A stretch of 64,000 nucleotides of DNA from Tubiluchus corallicola (taxonomy: Eukaryota > Animalia > Priapulida): assembly GCA_030141605.1 (NCBI GenBank), contig JAQGDQ010000020.1, positions 930,001 to 994,000 of the forward strand. The letters run 5' to 3'. The notes beneath the pieces were generated by a model, which was given only the letters and a program-made list of their open reading frames with translations, searched no databases and was not told the origin of the DNA. Both the position numbers and the translations under genes were made by a program. Shown one piece after another: positions 11,805-24,099 of the stretch. Every line of letters begins with the position of its first letter. Position 1 is the first letter of the stretch.

Positions 11805-12830
11805 TTAAAAATCACATGCTCCTACTACCACTTTCAAGTGAGTTTTGAACGTGAATCCTTGGGACTCCGTAAATTTAACTTTTACTGTAATTTTCACTAA
11901 CAATTCTTGAGGACCTTCTAGTTCGTTCAAAAGCTCAATGTTGCTGGCAATACCCTTCTCGTCCGGCAGCGTCACTCGGAAGTCATCAGCAGTTGCCTTC
12001 CGGACCACTTTTCCACACTTGAGACAGTCCACTTCCAGAAGTGCCTCACTAGGCAATCTTCCGCGAGTGCCCCGAATGTTGGAGCTGAACATCTGGAAGG
12101 GAAGGTTCTTTATGCGTGCTGGCATGGCGTGGAATATTGTGTACGTGGAGAAGGTGCAATCAAAGTCTCCAGTGCACTGAACATTTCTGCTACACAGAAG
12201 GACGTCACCTTGCACCGATGGCGTGTAACCTTCATCGCATTGTTGCTTTTCACACTGATATCCACCATTGACGTTGAAACAGATCTCATCTGCAGCGCAA
12301 GGATTCCTCCCACTCCGGCATTCGTCAATGTCCCGACAGGCGACGGCATTTCCCAAACCGGTTGCTCTTTCATATCCTTTAGGACAGGTGCAGACGGAAC
12401 CATCACAGTCAATGTGACATTCGGTAAGATCAACATCTGACCGATCAGTTCGACGATCAGTAATCCTGATATTGGCAGCTTGCACCCGTTCCTTTGAGCT
12501 GACAGCAGTGATATCCTTGGACAACCCTCCGGTTAAAGATCCTCTGAGACCTCGAATTCGTTCAGCCAGAATTTGTTCATCTTCATCCAGAACAGGAAGT
12601 CCTGAAGGGTCATCAGGCTCTTCGGTTGTTGTTAACTCGACTACGTGCTTTTGACAACGAGACAATTCTGCTTTTACTATATTTAAGCTCGTTCTTGCTT
12701 TGTCCAGATCTCCTTTACACTTTGGTAGCAACGATCTGCGACAGCTGCCTTGGCTGTTTGAAAACTCAACAAGAAGGAGAAAGTAACCGAAAGTCAACAG
12801 CATAACAGGCTTGTTCATTGTACAAAACAT
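11805..12830 (-). CDS. Secreted fibulin-like protein C, intronless, 341 aa
   Basis: Signal peptide (MNKPVMLLTFGYFLLLVEFSNSQ), predicted coiled coil (CKGDLDKARTSLNIVKAELSRC), cbEGF CRDIDEC...CFNVNGGYQC, and a fibulin-type C-terminus (IELLNELEGPQELLVKITV...LKVVVGACDF). Confidence 0.88.
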   Translation of the reverse strand: MFCTMNKPVMLLTFGYFLLLVEFSNSQGSCRRSLLPKCKGDLDKARTSLNIVKAELSRCQKHVVELTTTEEPDDPSGLPVLDEDEQILAERIRGLRGSLTGGLSKDITAVSSKERVQAANIRITDRRTDRSDVDLTECHIDCDGSVCTCPKGYERATGLGNAVACRDIDECRSGRNPCAADEICFNVNGGYQCEKQQCDEGYTPSVQGDVLLCSRNVQCTGDFDCTFSTYTIFHAMPARIKNLPFQMFSSNIRGTRGRLPSEALLEVDCLKCGKVVRKATADDFRVTLPDEKGIASNIELLNELEGPQELLVKITVKVKFTESQGFTFKTHLKVVVGACDF

Positions 12831-13800
12831 CTTGTTAAAATATAATTTTGCGTATGCGATGGTTTACTTCACAAGTATTCTGATGCTGTGTATTAAAATG
12901 TACGCCAGTTTATATTCATTAATGCTCGGCCTCTGAGAGACGCATGAGTTGTTTTATATATCTGTCTCTTCTTATTCATATGGTGAGCGGAATTCTGCTT
13001 ATTCAGCGTAGCAACAAGAAAAAGACGGGAGTTTTGTGGTAGAGCGAAATTATGCGGAATTTGATTTATTAGTAAGAAAAGTTACAGTTCAGTTTATTTA
13101 ACGTCGGTTTGTAATACGTACAAAGAACAGGAACGACTATTTTCCGACGTAAAGTGCGTTTATAAACAAATGCCAAACCAGCTTCCAAAACCAAAAACAA
13201 ACAACTCACAAGGAATGATGAACACACATCCGTATCATCTTTTTTGTATTTAACTAGAAAATTTTAACTCTAAAATTACCTATTTTAATTACACAAAATA
13301 TGGGAGCCGCGCCAGCTTAAATTTTACATATAACGAGCGCAAAATAGATTATTTATTTATTTTCATTTCGTTTTTTCATTCTCTCGCTCATCCACTCACT
13401 CATTATTTTCGTCATTTATTCATTCGCTTGTCAATTCATTCTTTCCTCCATTCGTTCATATTTGTCTGATTCAACTCGTAATACTCGATGAGAGCATGGT
13501 ACACCATCATCGTAAATTCTTCTACACGCATTTACTTTAAAAATTAATGAGTGGTGACCGAGAGCTGGCAGTAATTAGCGAAATGAACTTATCGCGTTTT
13601 GATAATAAATAAAAATAGCAGATATAAGAACACCCTGTTATATTTCTGGAAGATGAACTCTCTCGCAATTGCTCATTGATCTGATTTGACTTGAATTGAT
13701 TTAAAATTTATTTTTCTCCATGTACTAAATATCCAGTAACCACATAAATACGAATCATTAGCAATACTGGTGCAGATAGTTAGCAGCAATCGTTAATAAT

Positions 13801-13825
13801 GTAAGTAAGTAAGTAAGTAAGTAAC

Positions 13826-13911
<86 letters not shown>

Positions 13912-13930
13912 GGTAGGTAAGTAAGTAAGA

Positions 13931-13977
<47 letters not shown>

Positions 13978-14047
13978 CAAGTAAGTAAGCAAGCAAGCAA
14001 GTAAGTGAGTAAGTAAGTAAGTAAGTAAATAAGTACGTACGTAAGTA
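13801..14047. repeat. (GTAA)n tetranucleotide microsatellite
   Basis: Directly visible. Confidence 0.97.
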
Positions 14048-14937
14048 ACCAGATAATATGAAGAGTAAATTAGCAGCTACTGTACACCCTAAACAGCATT
14101 TATTTTATGAAAAGAGATGTCCTTGAAGATTTAATCTTGGCCGCGTCATCACAGCATCTTTGATGATTAGCTAGTTGCCGGTCCTTCCACTAAATCATCA
14201 CCTTTGACAGGTCCTAGTAATCAGGCCCCGATTTTTCCACTGGGCTAAACTACATAAAAATTATTACTTTAAACATTAAATTTTATGCTTCTTTTTGTTG
14301 CAACTTTTTAAATTTTTGCAAGTCATTAAGTGCCGGAATTTTTGTTTGTGTTGTTCTTAAATATTCTGTGAAAATTTGCTTTGACTGTAATAAAGCGCTG
14401 ACTTGAAAATAATGTATATTATCCAATGTACGACCATTCATCATCATCATCATCATCCTATTTTTTATGCCTATCACGTTTATTGTAGGCATTGGACAGG
14501 CAGAAATTCTGAAATAAAAGAAATCTTCGTCTGCACCGGGCAATACGATGCGTGTATTGAATTACGTGGAAAATGTACGTGCTGCCATCTATAGTTTGTA
14601 TTTTACCACGTTTTTTTCGCAATTTTGTAAATAATTATTATTTTTAGCGTGAGCTAAATATGAAAAAGAAACAAAATTGGGGGGGGGGGGTAGTTCAATA
14701 GTAGTTAAACTCACTGTGAATGCTCCCAACACCTGACCAGTATATTCATCTATATCTAGAAACATACGAGAAAACGGAAGGCCAAATCCGTCCTGTCTTT
14801 GCGTATGCCTCGTAAGTTGTTTGAGTAAGAATGTATAGTTCGTGCTTCTAGAGTCTACGCCATACTGTGTTACCTTGACTGTCCTTGAGTGAGTGAATTA
14901 AGTGTATGACAGGGTTTAGTGACGATACGAATTCAAA

Positions 14938-15170
14938 ATAATTATTAATTGTGTGAAAGCAGAAGTGAAAAGATGTAACACAGATTGGATTTGAACCTGG
15001 GACCACTCTACTTACAAGTCAAATGTCATGACAGTTAAAACACGGTAGTCTAGCGTTCATAATTAATATCTGCCCCGTAAGCAAACGGTCACTCGTTCAA
15101 ATCCAGTCAGTATTATAATTTTCCACTGCTCTAGTTTTTCAAGGTAGATTTCCAACTTAATTAATTAATT
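14938..15170. mobile_element. Palindromic element with two back-to-back tRNA-derived B-box heads (related to 1571-1826)
   Basis: Minus-strand GGTTCAAATCC at 14987-14997 and plus-strand GTTCAAATCC at 15095-15104. AATTAATT-rich termini lie on both sides. Confidence 0.45.
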
Positions 15171-16814
15171 GCGGGTGCAATCACTATTGACGGTAATATT
15201 GATATTATAATTATGAATATATATATTATAATCAAGGGCCACCTTTTTCTTTAGGTAATCAACTTGAATATCTGTCGTAAAAAGTGTCAACAGTTTAGTT
15301 CACTGTACTTGGAAGAAAAAAGGTCACTTTACGCAATCTTAAGTACAGATTAGACTATTTGATTAGCTAAAATAAAATTAGAATTGGTGACATTCCTTCT
15401 TCTGTTATTAATTTTTAAAGTTCAAAGTTTGGAACCACTAAAAGACCAAACACATATTATATTACAGATTGTTTAAAAGAAGGAAAACAAAGTCTTAATC
15501 ACAGAAAATGATATTAATTTTTGTACTTATATTATTTTTGTAAACGTGTAAATATTGTGAACAGTTTAACTGCTACTATTTCTTTTACTGTTTCAACGTG
15601 ACGATTATATGCAAGTGCTGGGATGCTTTCATGTGATCATGATACGTGATTTTTATGTGCATTGTATTGTTCATCAATAAACATATTACACTGAGATAAG
15701 AGAGCAGATTTGGAGGAGTGACAGCTAGATGGACCTTGAGTCCCAAATGTGACAATTTGAAGTACAAAGTCAATTTACAAACTAAGTGAATAGACCATCT
15801 ACAAGTAACTAGAAGTCGGAAAATTTTTAGTTCAGAACATTTATTGCCTCAAAATTTCAAAAAGCCAGGAACCAAAACTCGAACAGATGACGATAGTCAA
15901 CTACAGCCAGAAACTGTAGGTGTTGCGGTTTAGACTTGAGCAAAGCAACAGGAAAACTCTACTATAAGATTTATTCAAGAAATTAATTATTTTAATCATG
16001 AGATCATGCTCGTTACTTGCAAATCGTGAAATGGATTTATATTAATTGCAGCAACACACGACGTACACAAGGATACTAACGTATTGAGAAAGCTCACAGG
16101 TCAAATCAGATCAATTAATATATTTATGAAGACACTTCCTGCTGATTTATCAAATGAATTTATTATTAACCAATTTACAAATTGGAAGAACACAACTTTT
16201 TTGAAAAAAACAATATTTTTATGTGTGACCTTTCAATGTAACTATATTCCATGATTGTGTACCAACTTACAAATGGACCATTTTACTTACTTGACTTAGT
16301 TTATCTTACTAGAGAAATGAACACAGTTTGGCACGAACAATAACTTTGCACTTAACATCTGAATAACCCAAAATGTAGCTACGATCATGAAATTTTTGAA
16401 TATTATTTGGAGTATTTACAAATAACACAAAACTCGCCATCAAATCTGGACGCCATAAAGCAATTTCCTAACACCATCATCATCACATGTAATGACTAGT
16501 ATCTAAATCATATAAATTTACTGTGTAGTTTTTGACACAAAAACACTTTTCTGGACATAAAAGTTGTTGAGCATAAATTGAATTTTGTTATTTCATTTCA
16601 TAAAGTCATTTTGTAAAAGAAACACAATGTATTTCATGTCCAAATGTCTTAAAAATAAAAAAAAATCCTCTAAGATATCAATCCATGTCATATGAGTGAC
16701 AAATCGCACCTGTTTCACAATCATCTTGCATCAATATTAACCTTTGTTATACTTTTGTATGTATGAAGCAAATGAATTCAATTTAATTAAATATTGGCAC
16801 TTTCAAATCAGTTA

Positions 16815-18011
16815 CTAGAACACAGTTTCCTGTACTACCTCCTTTTCGTTCCTGTGCTCTTCTGCTAAATTTTCATGCAAATTTATCTCTCCTGTCATTT
16901 GAGAGAGATTATTGTCTTCTTGAGGTACACATCCTGACAGAATGGATGCTGTCTTTCCTATGCTCTTCTGCCATCTTTTCTTTGGTGGTTGACGAGTCCC
17001 ACTGTGCACTTTTTGATGACGATGCATGCTCATTTTCGTAACAAATGTCATGGTGCAGCCGCTGTGCGTGCACGGAAACCGACGACCACTGTGATAGGAC
17101 AGAATATGCTGCTTCAAATTCTTCGCATCCAAATAAGAACGAGGGCAACCTTCTTTTGGACACTTGTGCAGTTTCTTCTCAGGATCGTGAACTTTCGCAT
17201 GTTGTTTTAGCTGGTTTTTGTGTGCAAACACGAGGGAACACTCTGAACAAGGGTACTTCTTTGCATGGACAGTGGCCTTGTGTTTGCGCAGTTCAGTCCA
17301 CTTTGCAAATGACTGACCACAATCGTCAATGTCGCACTTGTGTTCAACGCGCACATGATGTCGCTGAATGTGTCGTTTCAGCAGAGAGGGTATCAGGAAT
17401 CGCTGGTCACAGCCTTCGCGTTGGCACGGAAAAGGTAGTACACCAGTATGATCAAATTCGTGCACCCTTAATGCCTGATGTTTTTTGTATGATTTGCCAC
17501 ATCCCGGATGCGAGCATACATACAAGTTCCCGGAATGACGACTTCGCATGTGTTTCTCCAAGGCTTGTTTTGAACAGTAAGCAGCTGTACATCCCTCCAC
17601 CTCGCAGTGGAAGTTTTGCACCAGCGACTTGGTCTCCAAGTGACTGCGTTTGTGTCTGTCCAGATGCTGTTTCCTTGTGTACTGCTTTCCGCATCCGGGA
17701 TGCAGGCAAATAAAAGGTCGCTCGCCGGTGTGGGTTCTCACGTGAACGTCCAAGCGACTTTGACGCTGGAAACTAGCAGGACATCCATCGTATGAACAAA
17801 TGTACAGAAGTTTTTTCTTTCGTGAACTTCCTGTTCGTGTCCGTTCATCGAAGGAAGCCACATCCTCTGGTTCATCATTTGAAATGAGGCTAGACGAAGC
17901 CACAGTTGTTTCACTGTTGGTATAAGATGTGCGAAACTCAGCCACTTCATCTCTTTCTGTAGGATCGTTTTCGCACAAAGCACCACATATCTCTTCATAA
18001 CATGAAGCCAT
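16815..18011 (-). CDS. GTF3A: Transcription factor IIIA (nine C2H2 zinc fingers), single coding exon
   Basis: Nine tandem C2H2 fingers with TFIIIA-diagnostic segments: YICSYDGC, HTGERPF, finger 4 KKHQAL, finger 6 KWTELRKH, CPKEGCPRSY, and a basic C-terminal tail. First ATG is at 18011 (MASCYEE). A splice acceptor TTTACAG lies at 18073. Confidence 0.9.
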   Translation of the reverse strand: MASCYEEICGALCENDPTERDEVAEFRTSYTNSETTVASSSLISNDEPEDVASFDERTRTGSSRKKKLLYICSYDGCPASFQRQSRLDVHVRTHTGERPFICLHPGCGKQYTRKQHLDRHKRSHLETKSLVQNFHCEVEGCTAAYCSKQALEKHMRSRHSGNLYVCSHPGCGKSYKKHQALRVHEFDHTGVLPFPCQREGCDQRFLIPSLLKRHIQRHHVRVEHKCDIDDCGQSFAKWTELRKHKATVHAKKYPCSECSLVFAHKNQLKQHAKVHDPEKKLHKCPKEGCPRSYLDAKNLKQHILSYHSGRRFPCTHSGCTMTFVTKMSMHRHQKVHSGTRQPPKKRWQKSIGKTASILSGCVPQEDNNLSQMTGEINLHENLAEEHRNEKEVVQETVF

Positions 18012-19654
18012 TTTGTTACTACCTTTTACAGCATTAAATAAACTGTGCTTCTGTGATAAGTCGTCTTTGGACCTGTAAATGCACAAAATTACAAAAGGTT
18101 ACAATTTATGAAAGTTTTTAGAAAAATGTTTAACTTTAATTTTTAACTCGGTTCATGGACTTTACATTTTACCATCTTGTAATCAATGTGTATCTACAGG
18201 TCCTAAATTAATACATGAGGTGTCAGGAAGTGATTGCCTCCAACTGTGCAGAAGAGAATGAAAAGAACAGAGAAAACCAGTGAAACTGTGAGAAAGGCTT
18301 TACTCTTCAGTAAAAAACACCGATCTCAACACCTACTGCTGTTACTCACAGCTCATTGAAGACCTTAAACAGAGATGTGCAGGCTTGGTTTCTTCATGGG
18401 AACGGCATCGTGACTCATTTCTCCCAGAATTTTGTTGGTTTTCGATTAAAGTTGAGAAAATTTAAAAATACATTAGATAAGAAATATTACAGTGATTGAA
18501 ATATTAAGCAATATGTTTATAACCTACTTTTACTAAAATAGAAGTACAGAAGGGCTATATCTTCCTGACACTCTGTACAAAATTTTAAAAAGACATTTGA
18601 CATTTTAAAATTAACATGTATATTTGACATCTATACTGACGCTACAGCACAAGATACGAAACAAGTCGTATTTTTGCAAAACTGAGGATTGCTGTCATAG
18701 GTTATGGTGTCAGATTATTCAATGGACAACATTTCAACATTATTGATAAAAAAACTCAAGGTATGGCACTTTTCAAAATACAAAAGCTACCAAATCTAAG
18801 TTAAAAACCAACAATAAGTACATACGTCACGTCACTGTACAAAAAAGAATTAATATATGGCTCAGTATCTCCTTCAACATGAGGTTTCTTATAAGACAAT
18901 TTTTTTCTATGAAAAATGGCAAACATACAAAGCAAATCCAGTAAACTACGAATCAGGCAAGTAATAAATATGAAAAATCTTACATTTTTATGATAACATA
19001 CTTTATTATGACAACTGGTTATTAATCATATCTCTTACCTAATATAGTGACTTTAAGAAACAGACATGTACAAAAAATAGATATCCATCTTTACACATAA
19101 ACATGTTGAAAATCACGTAGTGTCTATCAAAAAACCATACAAAATTAGTATTTCTCTTCTATAAATTGAGACTTTACAAAGACAAATAAATAAAACCTAC
19201 TTCAACAACAATACTTTCTATCAAATTATTTCATAAAACTGGGCTCCACATTTTCACACATAAGTACTATCACTAGAAGTTAGTTAACGTATAGATCACA
19301 TGCTATATAAAATCCAAATTTTAAACTGAGAAAAAATTCAGAAAACTTAGAAAAGGATAGCATTTGACAATTTTACCTTAATCAAAACAGCGGTCTTACA
19401 AAAGTACATATTATCACGTGGATTTAACTAATTTTAATTAATGATAATGTACAACTGATGAATTATTATTCAGTATATTTTCATATCAAATTCTACTGAA
19501 GTTCAAGATTTACAGAATTCCAAGAAGCCATTTCTTTGAAGCCTTCTCAATTTATCATTTTATTCTACAGCAAGTTTCCTCCGCTTAAGGAAAATATTTT
19601 ACAGTACCACTATACTAGTTTTACCTGTTTGAATGAACATAATGGACTCAAACT

Positions 19655-20030
19655 AGTGGTGAGTATACTCTATCCATCCCAAGTATGTGAATTCAAATCG
19701 AAACGATTTTTGACTTTCGAACTCGAATCATACCAAATTTCAAGATTTCGAATTCAGTTTTAAAGGTTTTTGAATCATTAATAAAAACTAAATCACACAA
19801 AGACCACACATATTACTAGATTTTATTCTGCAGTAAAAACACTAATAATTTGTTTGAAAATTGTGCACAGAAATTGCAGCTAAACTGTGCTGACTGCATG
19901 ATGTTTCAGACATTCAATGATAATCAACGTGTGTAATTGAAGTGCAAAATTATTTGAGTCCATAAGTTTTGGTTTCTAATCAAATTCAAAATAAAAAAAA
20001 CTCATTCGAATAGAAGATTCTGCCCAGCAA
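19655..20030 (+). mobile_element. Dispersed repeat (TTCGAA-rich MITE-like), copy 1
   Basis: Shares collinear blocks (TGACTTTCGAACTCG, TTTTGAATCATTAATAAAA, CATATTACTxGATTTTATTCTG, TGTGCTGA, TTGAAGTGC) with 44640-45000. Confidence 0.65.
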
Positions 20031-20474
20031 CAACCTTTATAAACAGCCTGTGAAACGTGAATGAAAATAAACTGAGAAGCCCTTGTTGTCTCGTCTTAAA
20101 AGCGTGGCGACAATAATCAACCAAGTTTCAAAAGTGCAATAACCAACCCCTTTTGAGTAGAACCTCCAACTGAATGCCGAATTCCTGTTCAATCTGTCAG
20201 TAAATAATGGAGTATTTAATTGCATAACAAAACTATATATTTAAAAATCTAAATAATTTCCTGTTGTATTTCTCTAATGCTGCTAAAAACAAACAAATCG
20301 CTGTTTCCTACACAACTTCATTATAATGATGGTAGCAGTAATAAATATACTATTGATGTAATCAGTGTATAAATAAGCAAATAAATACTAGTCAAACCTA
20401 TGAATGATTATTGCATACATGCATTTACATCTGAAAGTTCTCTATCTAAGAATTATGGCCACGGTTCATTGAGT

Positions 20475-23400
20475 TCAACAAAACAATTTATCTTTGTGTT
20501 TTGCCTTCGATAAAAACCCATTTTGAAATTCTTTAGCAGTCATCCTTTTACGTCCTGATAAACAGATCATTTTAAATGCGACCCAATTGTCCCGGCACCT
20601 GATTAACACAGCATCGAGATTACGACTATGCACACAGCTTCCCGGGCACATCGAGATGCCATTATCAGCAGCAAAATCACTGAAATTAGAACATTCGTTC
20701 AATGTCACCATGTCGTATAACTTCACAGGTTCTTCACCCCACAGGCAGTGTAGGGGTACGGTTTCGCTAACTGCACGGTACTGCCTGTCCACCTCTTCAG
20801 CCGTTTGCTCTGCAAAGTTAACGCGAGCCAATCGTGACGTGATCTTTCTGGCCAACGTGGCTCCATCTGTTGGCTGTTCTTCGGCATACAGCATGTAATG
20901 TTCAATATTATGTAGACACTGCAATAACTGTAAAATGCAATAGGTTTATTACAATCAAAGAGGAATATATCCTACTGATTTTGTAAGAATCATTTACTGA
21001 TAAGAAAATGCAAGTAAAAAGAAAACTGGCATTCCCAAATAAGAAGTATTGTTTTAGTTTTATAAATGATTGCAGCTAAAACACTTTCTCCATCTTCTTG
21101 CAGGCATTACCTGCACAACAGTACAAGAAAAAATTTAAAAAACAAATTTGAAAACTTGGTTGTCACCACATGTATTCTATTGTTTGGTTATGTATTACCC
21201 GAACTTAGCATTCACAACTGACATCTTACCACTTTTTGACTTATAAAATTGCATTGCCACTACACAAGTTCTAAAGAACATTTTGAGAAGACATATTTTA
21301 AAATCATATAACTACCATTTTTGCGCCTTTAGCAGCCAGCAGTTTACTAAGTTGTGAGGCCGTGCAAGCTGGTGGAACAGTCACTGATCTTTGAAGAAGC
21401 ATTGGACCTACATCAAACCTACAAATAATCCAAGCAATATAAAAGTAGCAACAAGAATTCTTACTTTTCCATATCCAAGTCTCAACACATGTTTTTTATT
21501 TTGTTTATTATTAATTGCATACTCGCATGGTACATTATGTCATTTGTAAACAATACAATGTGCACGTACAAAATAACATAATATAATACAATGCAGGCGC
21601 ATATGATGAGTGACGATAACAAAATTACAATCGTACAATTATACAATTACACAGTTACACAATTAAAGGAATTGTAAAAAGTAGAAGGTATTTATATACG
21701 TATTGCATGCACACATTAAACTGTCAAAACATATGTCACGCTGATTGCTCATTTTCAAACAGAGATGTTAATCAGTCCATTAAATTGGACCCTATGCATT
21801 AATTACACTTGATGTGAGCATTTATGCCTAATCAAAAAAGGGTATAATATCCCACCTGTGGGGTCTGATTTCCATGACAGTGATCCCGGTGACAGTATCG
21901 CCGGCAAGGATGGTGTGCTGTATTGGTGCAGCACCTCTCCATCGAGGTAACAGACTAGGATGAACATTTAACATTCCACTGCAATATAAATTAGTACTGA
22001 TCAATATAAAGTAGTACAGATACATCACTCATACCCTAAGAATGAAACTATTCAACTCATTTATATACTATAGGCCTGCAAATAATACTAAAATTTTGTA
22101 ATACAAGGTTGAAACAACAAAATATAAAACAAGAGCAAAGAGAACAGCTAAGTGGCTATGTGCTTAGCATCAAAGTTAAGCAACTTGAAGCCTAACCAGT
22201 AATTAAATGGTAACCACTGGGTTCAATGTTCATTCTTAGTGATTTCATTGGCTCAATGAGCAAGGATATAAAGACATTCAAGTATGGTTGACATACATCT
22301 GACGGTTCAGTATCTTATCAAAATAAAAGGCTGAATTGATAATGACATCCAAACTGTGTAACAACTATAAACAATAAATAGGCCTTTATTTTCTATGCTA
22401 GTGTAGAGCTTGCAGAGTGACAAACTGTATTAAAAACTGTACAAAACCTACATAAAACTGTATAAAACTACGTAAAAAACTGCATAAAATTCTATAAAAA
22501 TGTATAAAAAACAGTACAAAAACTGCACAAAATACGAATTCATCACTTCATATGTTTCTAAAACATCATGTTTTTAAAACAGAAAGTTTAATTATGTTTG
22601 ATCACGACGTGCCTCTCTCGACCCAAAATAGCATTTTCAATGTTTATTACTTTATATAATTTAAAAATATGTTTATAGCTAGTTTGCCTATTTAATAACA
22701 GGGCAGTCAAGAAAAAATATTATCCGAAAATTTCCCTCCAAGACCCACACCAAGCTCCACTAGGACAAATTCTGCACAAGGTGTTCAGGATATTAAGAAA
22801 TATGGATGAAAAACCTCCAAAACTATAAACTGTAGCAAAATAGCAAAAACATCTTTGTGGCACTCGGTGGTGGTTTGAGAAACTTACAGCTCTTTGGAAA
22901 AAAGAGAAACTGGGCTACATGATGACGTGGATCTCTTTTATGTAGAACCGCCCGTATCACAATGAAGGGTTCCAAGTCAGTTTATGGGAACAAGTTTTCT
23001 GGATGACCTCGTATTTAAAACTTACAGCGGGAAAGCCGATATGACACTTTCTGGGATCAAGTGTCCAAATGAAACGATGACGCCTATGTCATAGCGGTCA
23101 TGCGGAATCTCATACGGCCAGTTGTGCACTTTCAAACCAGCATCAGAGGCAAAACTACGCACAGCGCATTGCTGTACCTGCGGCTGCTGAAACAATTGCA
23201 GAAAAACATATAGTAAAATTATAAAAAGAAAACATATTCCATCACATAACAGAGTGTTTCTAAAGTTAAGAATTGAATTTGCTACTACTTTTTGCATCTT
23301 AGCATCCTTTTCATTCCCAAATACATTCTAATCCAAAAACAATGGATAATGCTATAGTTAAAATGACATCTTGGTTTACTTCAAATATTAGCTATAATGA

Positions 23401-24099
23401 CTATCAAATTGTCTCAAGTCAAGTTCACAGTGTTTGCATGGTAATATAATTGTCTTTGGTGCTACTAAAACTTGGTTATTGCTTTGCATTTCAAAATAAA
23501 CACGAAAGAAACATAGTCACATTAAATCCTTCCTCTCTCCTTAATAAGTTTCTTTACAAAATTTATACCGATGCACTGCAATTCTTACTGGGAGAAGAGA
23601 CCATGGTAGTCGGGAATGGTAGTTAGCTGTGGCACTGTCAAAAATTTCTGTAGAGGACATACTGCCTAAGTGAGGCAACTAATCGTGGTGGTAGTTGAAC
23701 GTTTTTCAAAATTTCCATAAAATGTTTTTGTACATTTTTTAAACTTCTTAATCACAGCAAAACATAATTACTGCAGGCACAACACTGATACATAGGACTG
23801 AAAAATAATAGAAAATTTTAGAAACAAACGATTGTTACTTAGCTCACCTTTTCTGAGGGTTTAATGCAAACAACTTCTAGGTCTTTTACGACTTTACTAG
23901 TCGAAGATCCTTGAACTTCAGTCGTCAACAATTTTAATGATTCCAACGAAAACAAGTCTGTTCCGTAAAATAACACCCTCAGCGAATGCGACGCTACATT
24001 TCTTCTAGACAGGTGAATGTTACACAGTTGTGTGCATTTGTTATACCCTCTCCACAACGAAAAGAATTTAGTCCACTTCTGGTTGCAATGGATAAGCAT
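20475..24099 (-). CDS. MTFMT: Methionyl-tRNA formyltransferase, mitochondrial (5 coding exons)
   Basis: Phase-consistent GT-AG exons 24099-23848, 23186-23026, 21978-21856, 21418-21316, 20927-20475. Motifs: [55 protein letters not shown]. The N-terminus is basic and resembles a mitochondrial targeting peptide. Confidence 0.93.

Noticed and set aside
17045-17713. 222-aa ORF antisense to TFIIIA, and similar shadow ORFs opposite the mini-fibulins
   Set aside because: These are shadow frames of real genes with no independent evidence.
18300-23640. Short 5S rRNA-like words near TFIIIA (18315-18410, 19672-19685, 23586-23630), suggesting a plant-P5SM-like autoregulatory mimic
   Set aside because: The matches are short and gapped, two are antisense to the gene, and one lies in a dispersed repeat. 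An Infernal search with the 5S model would be needed to revive this.
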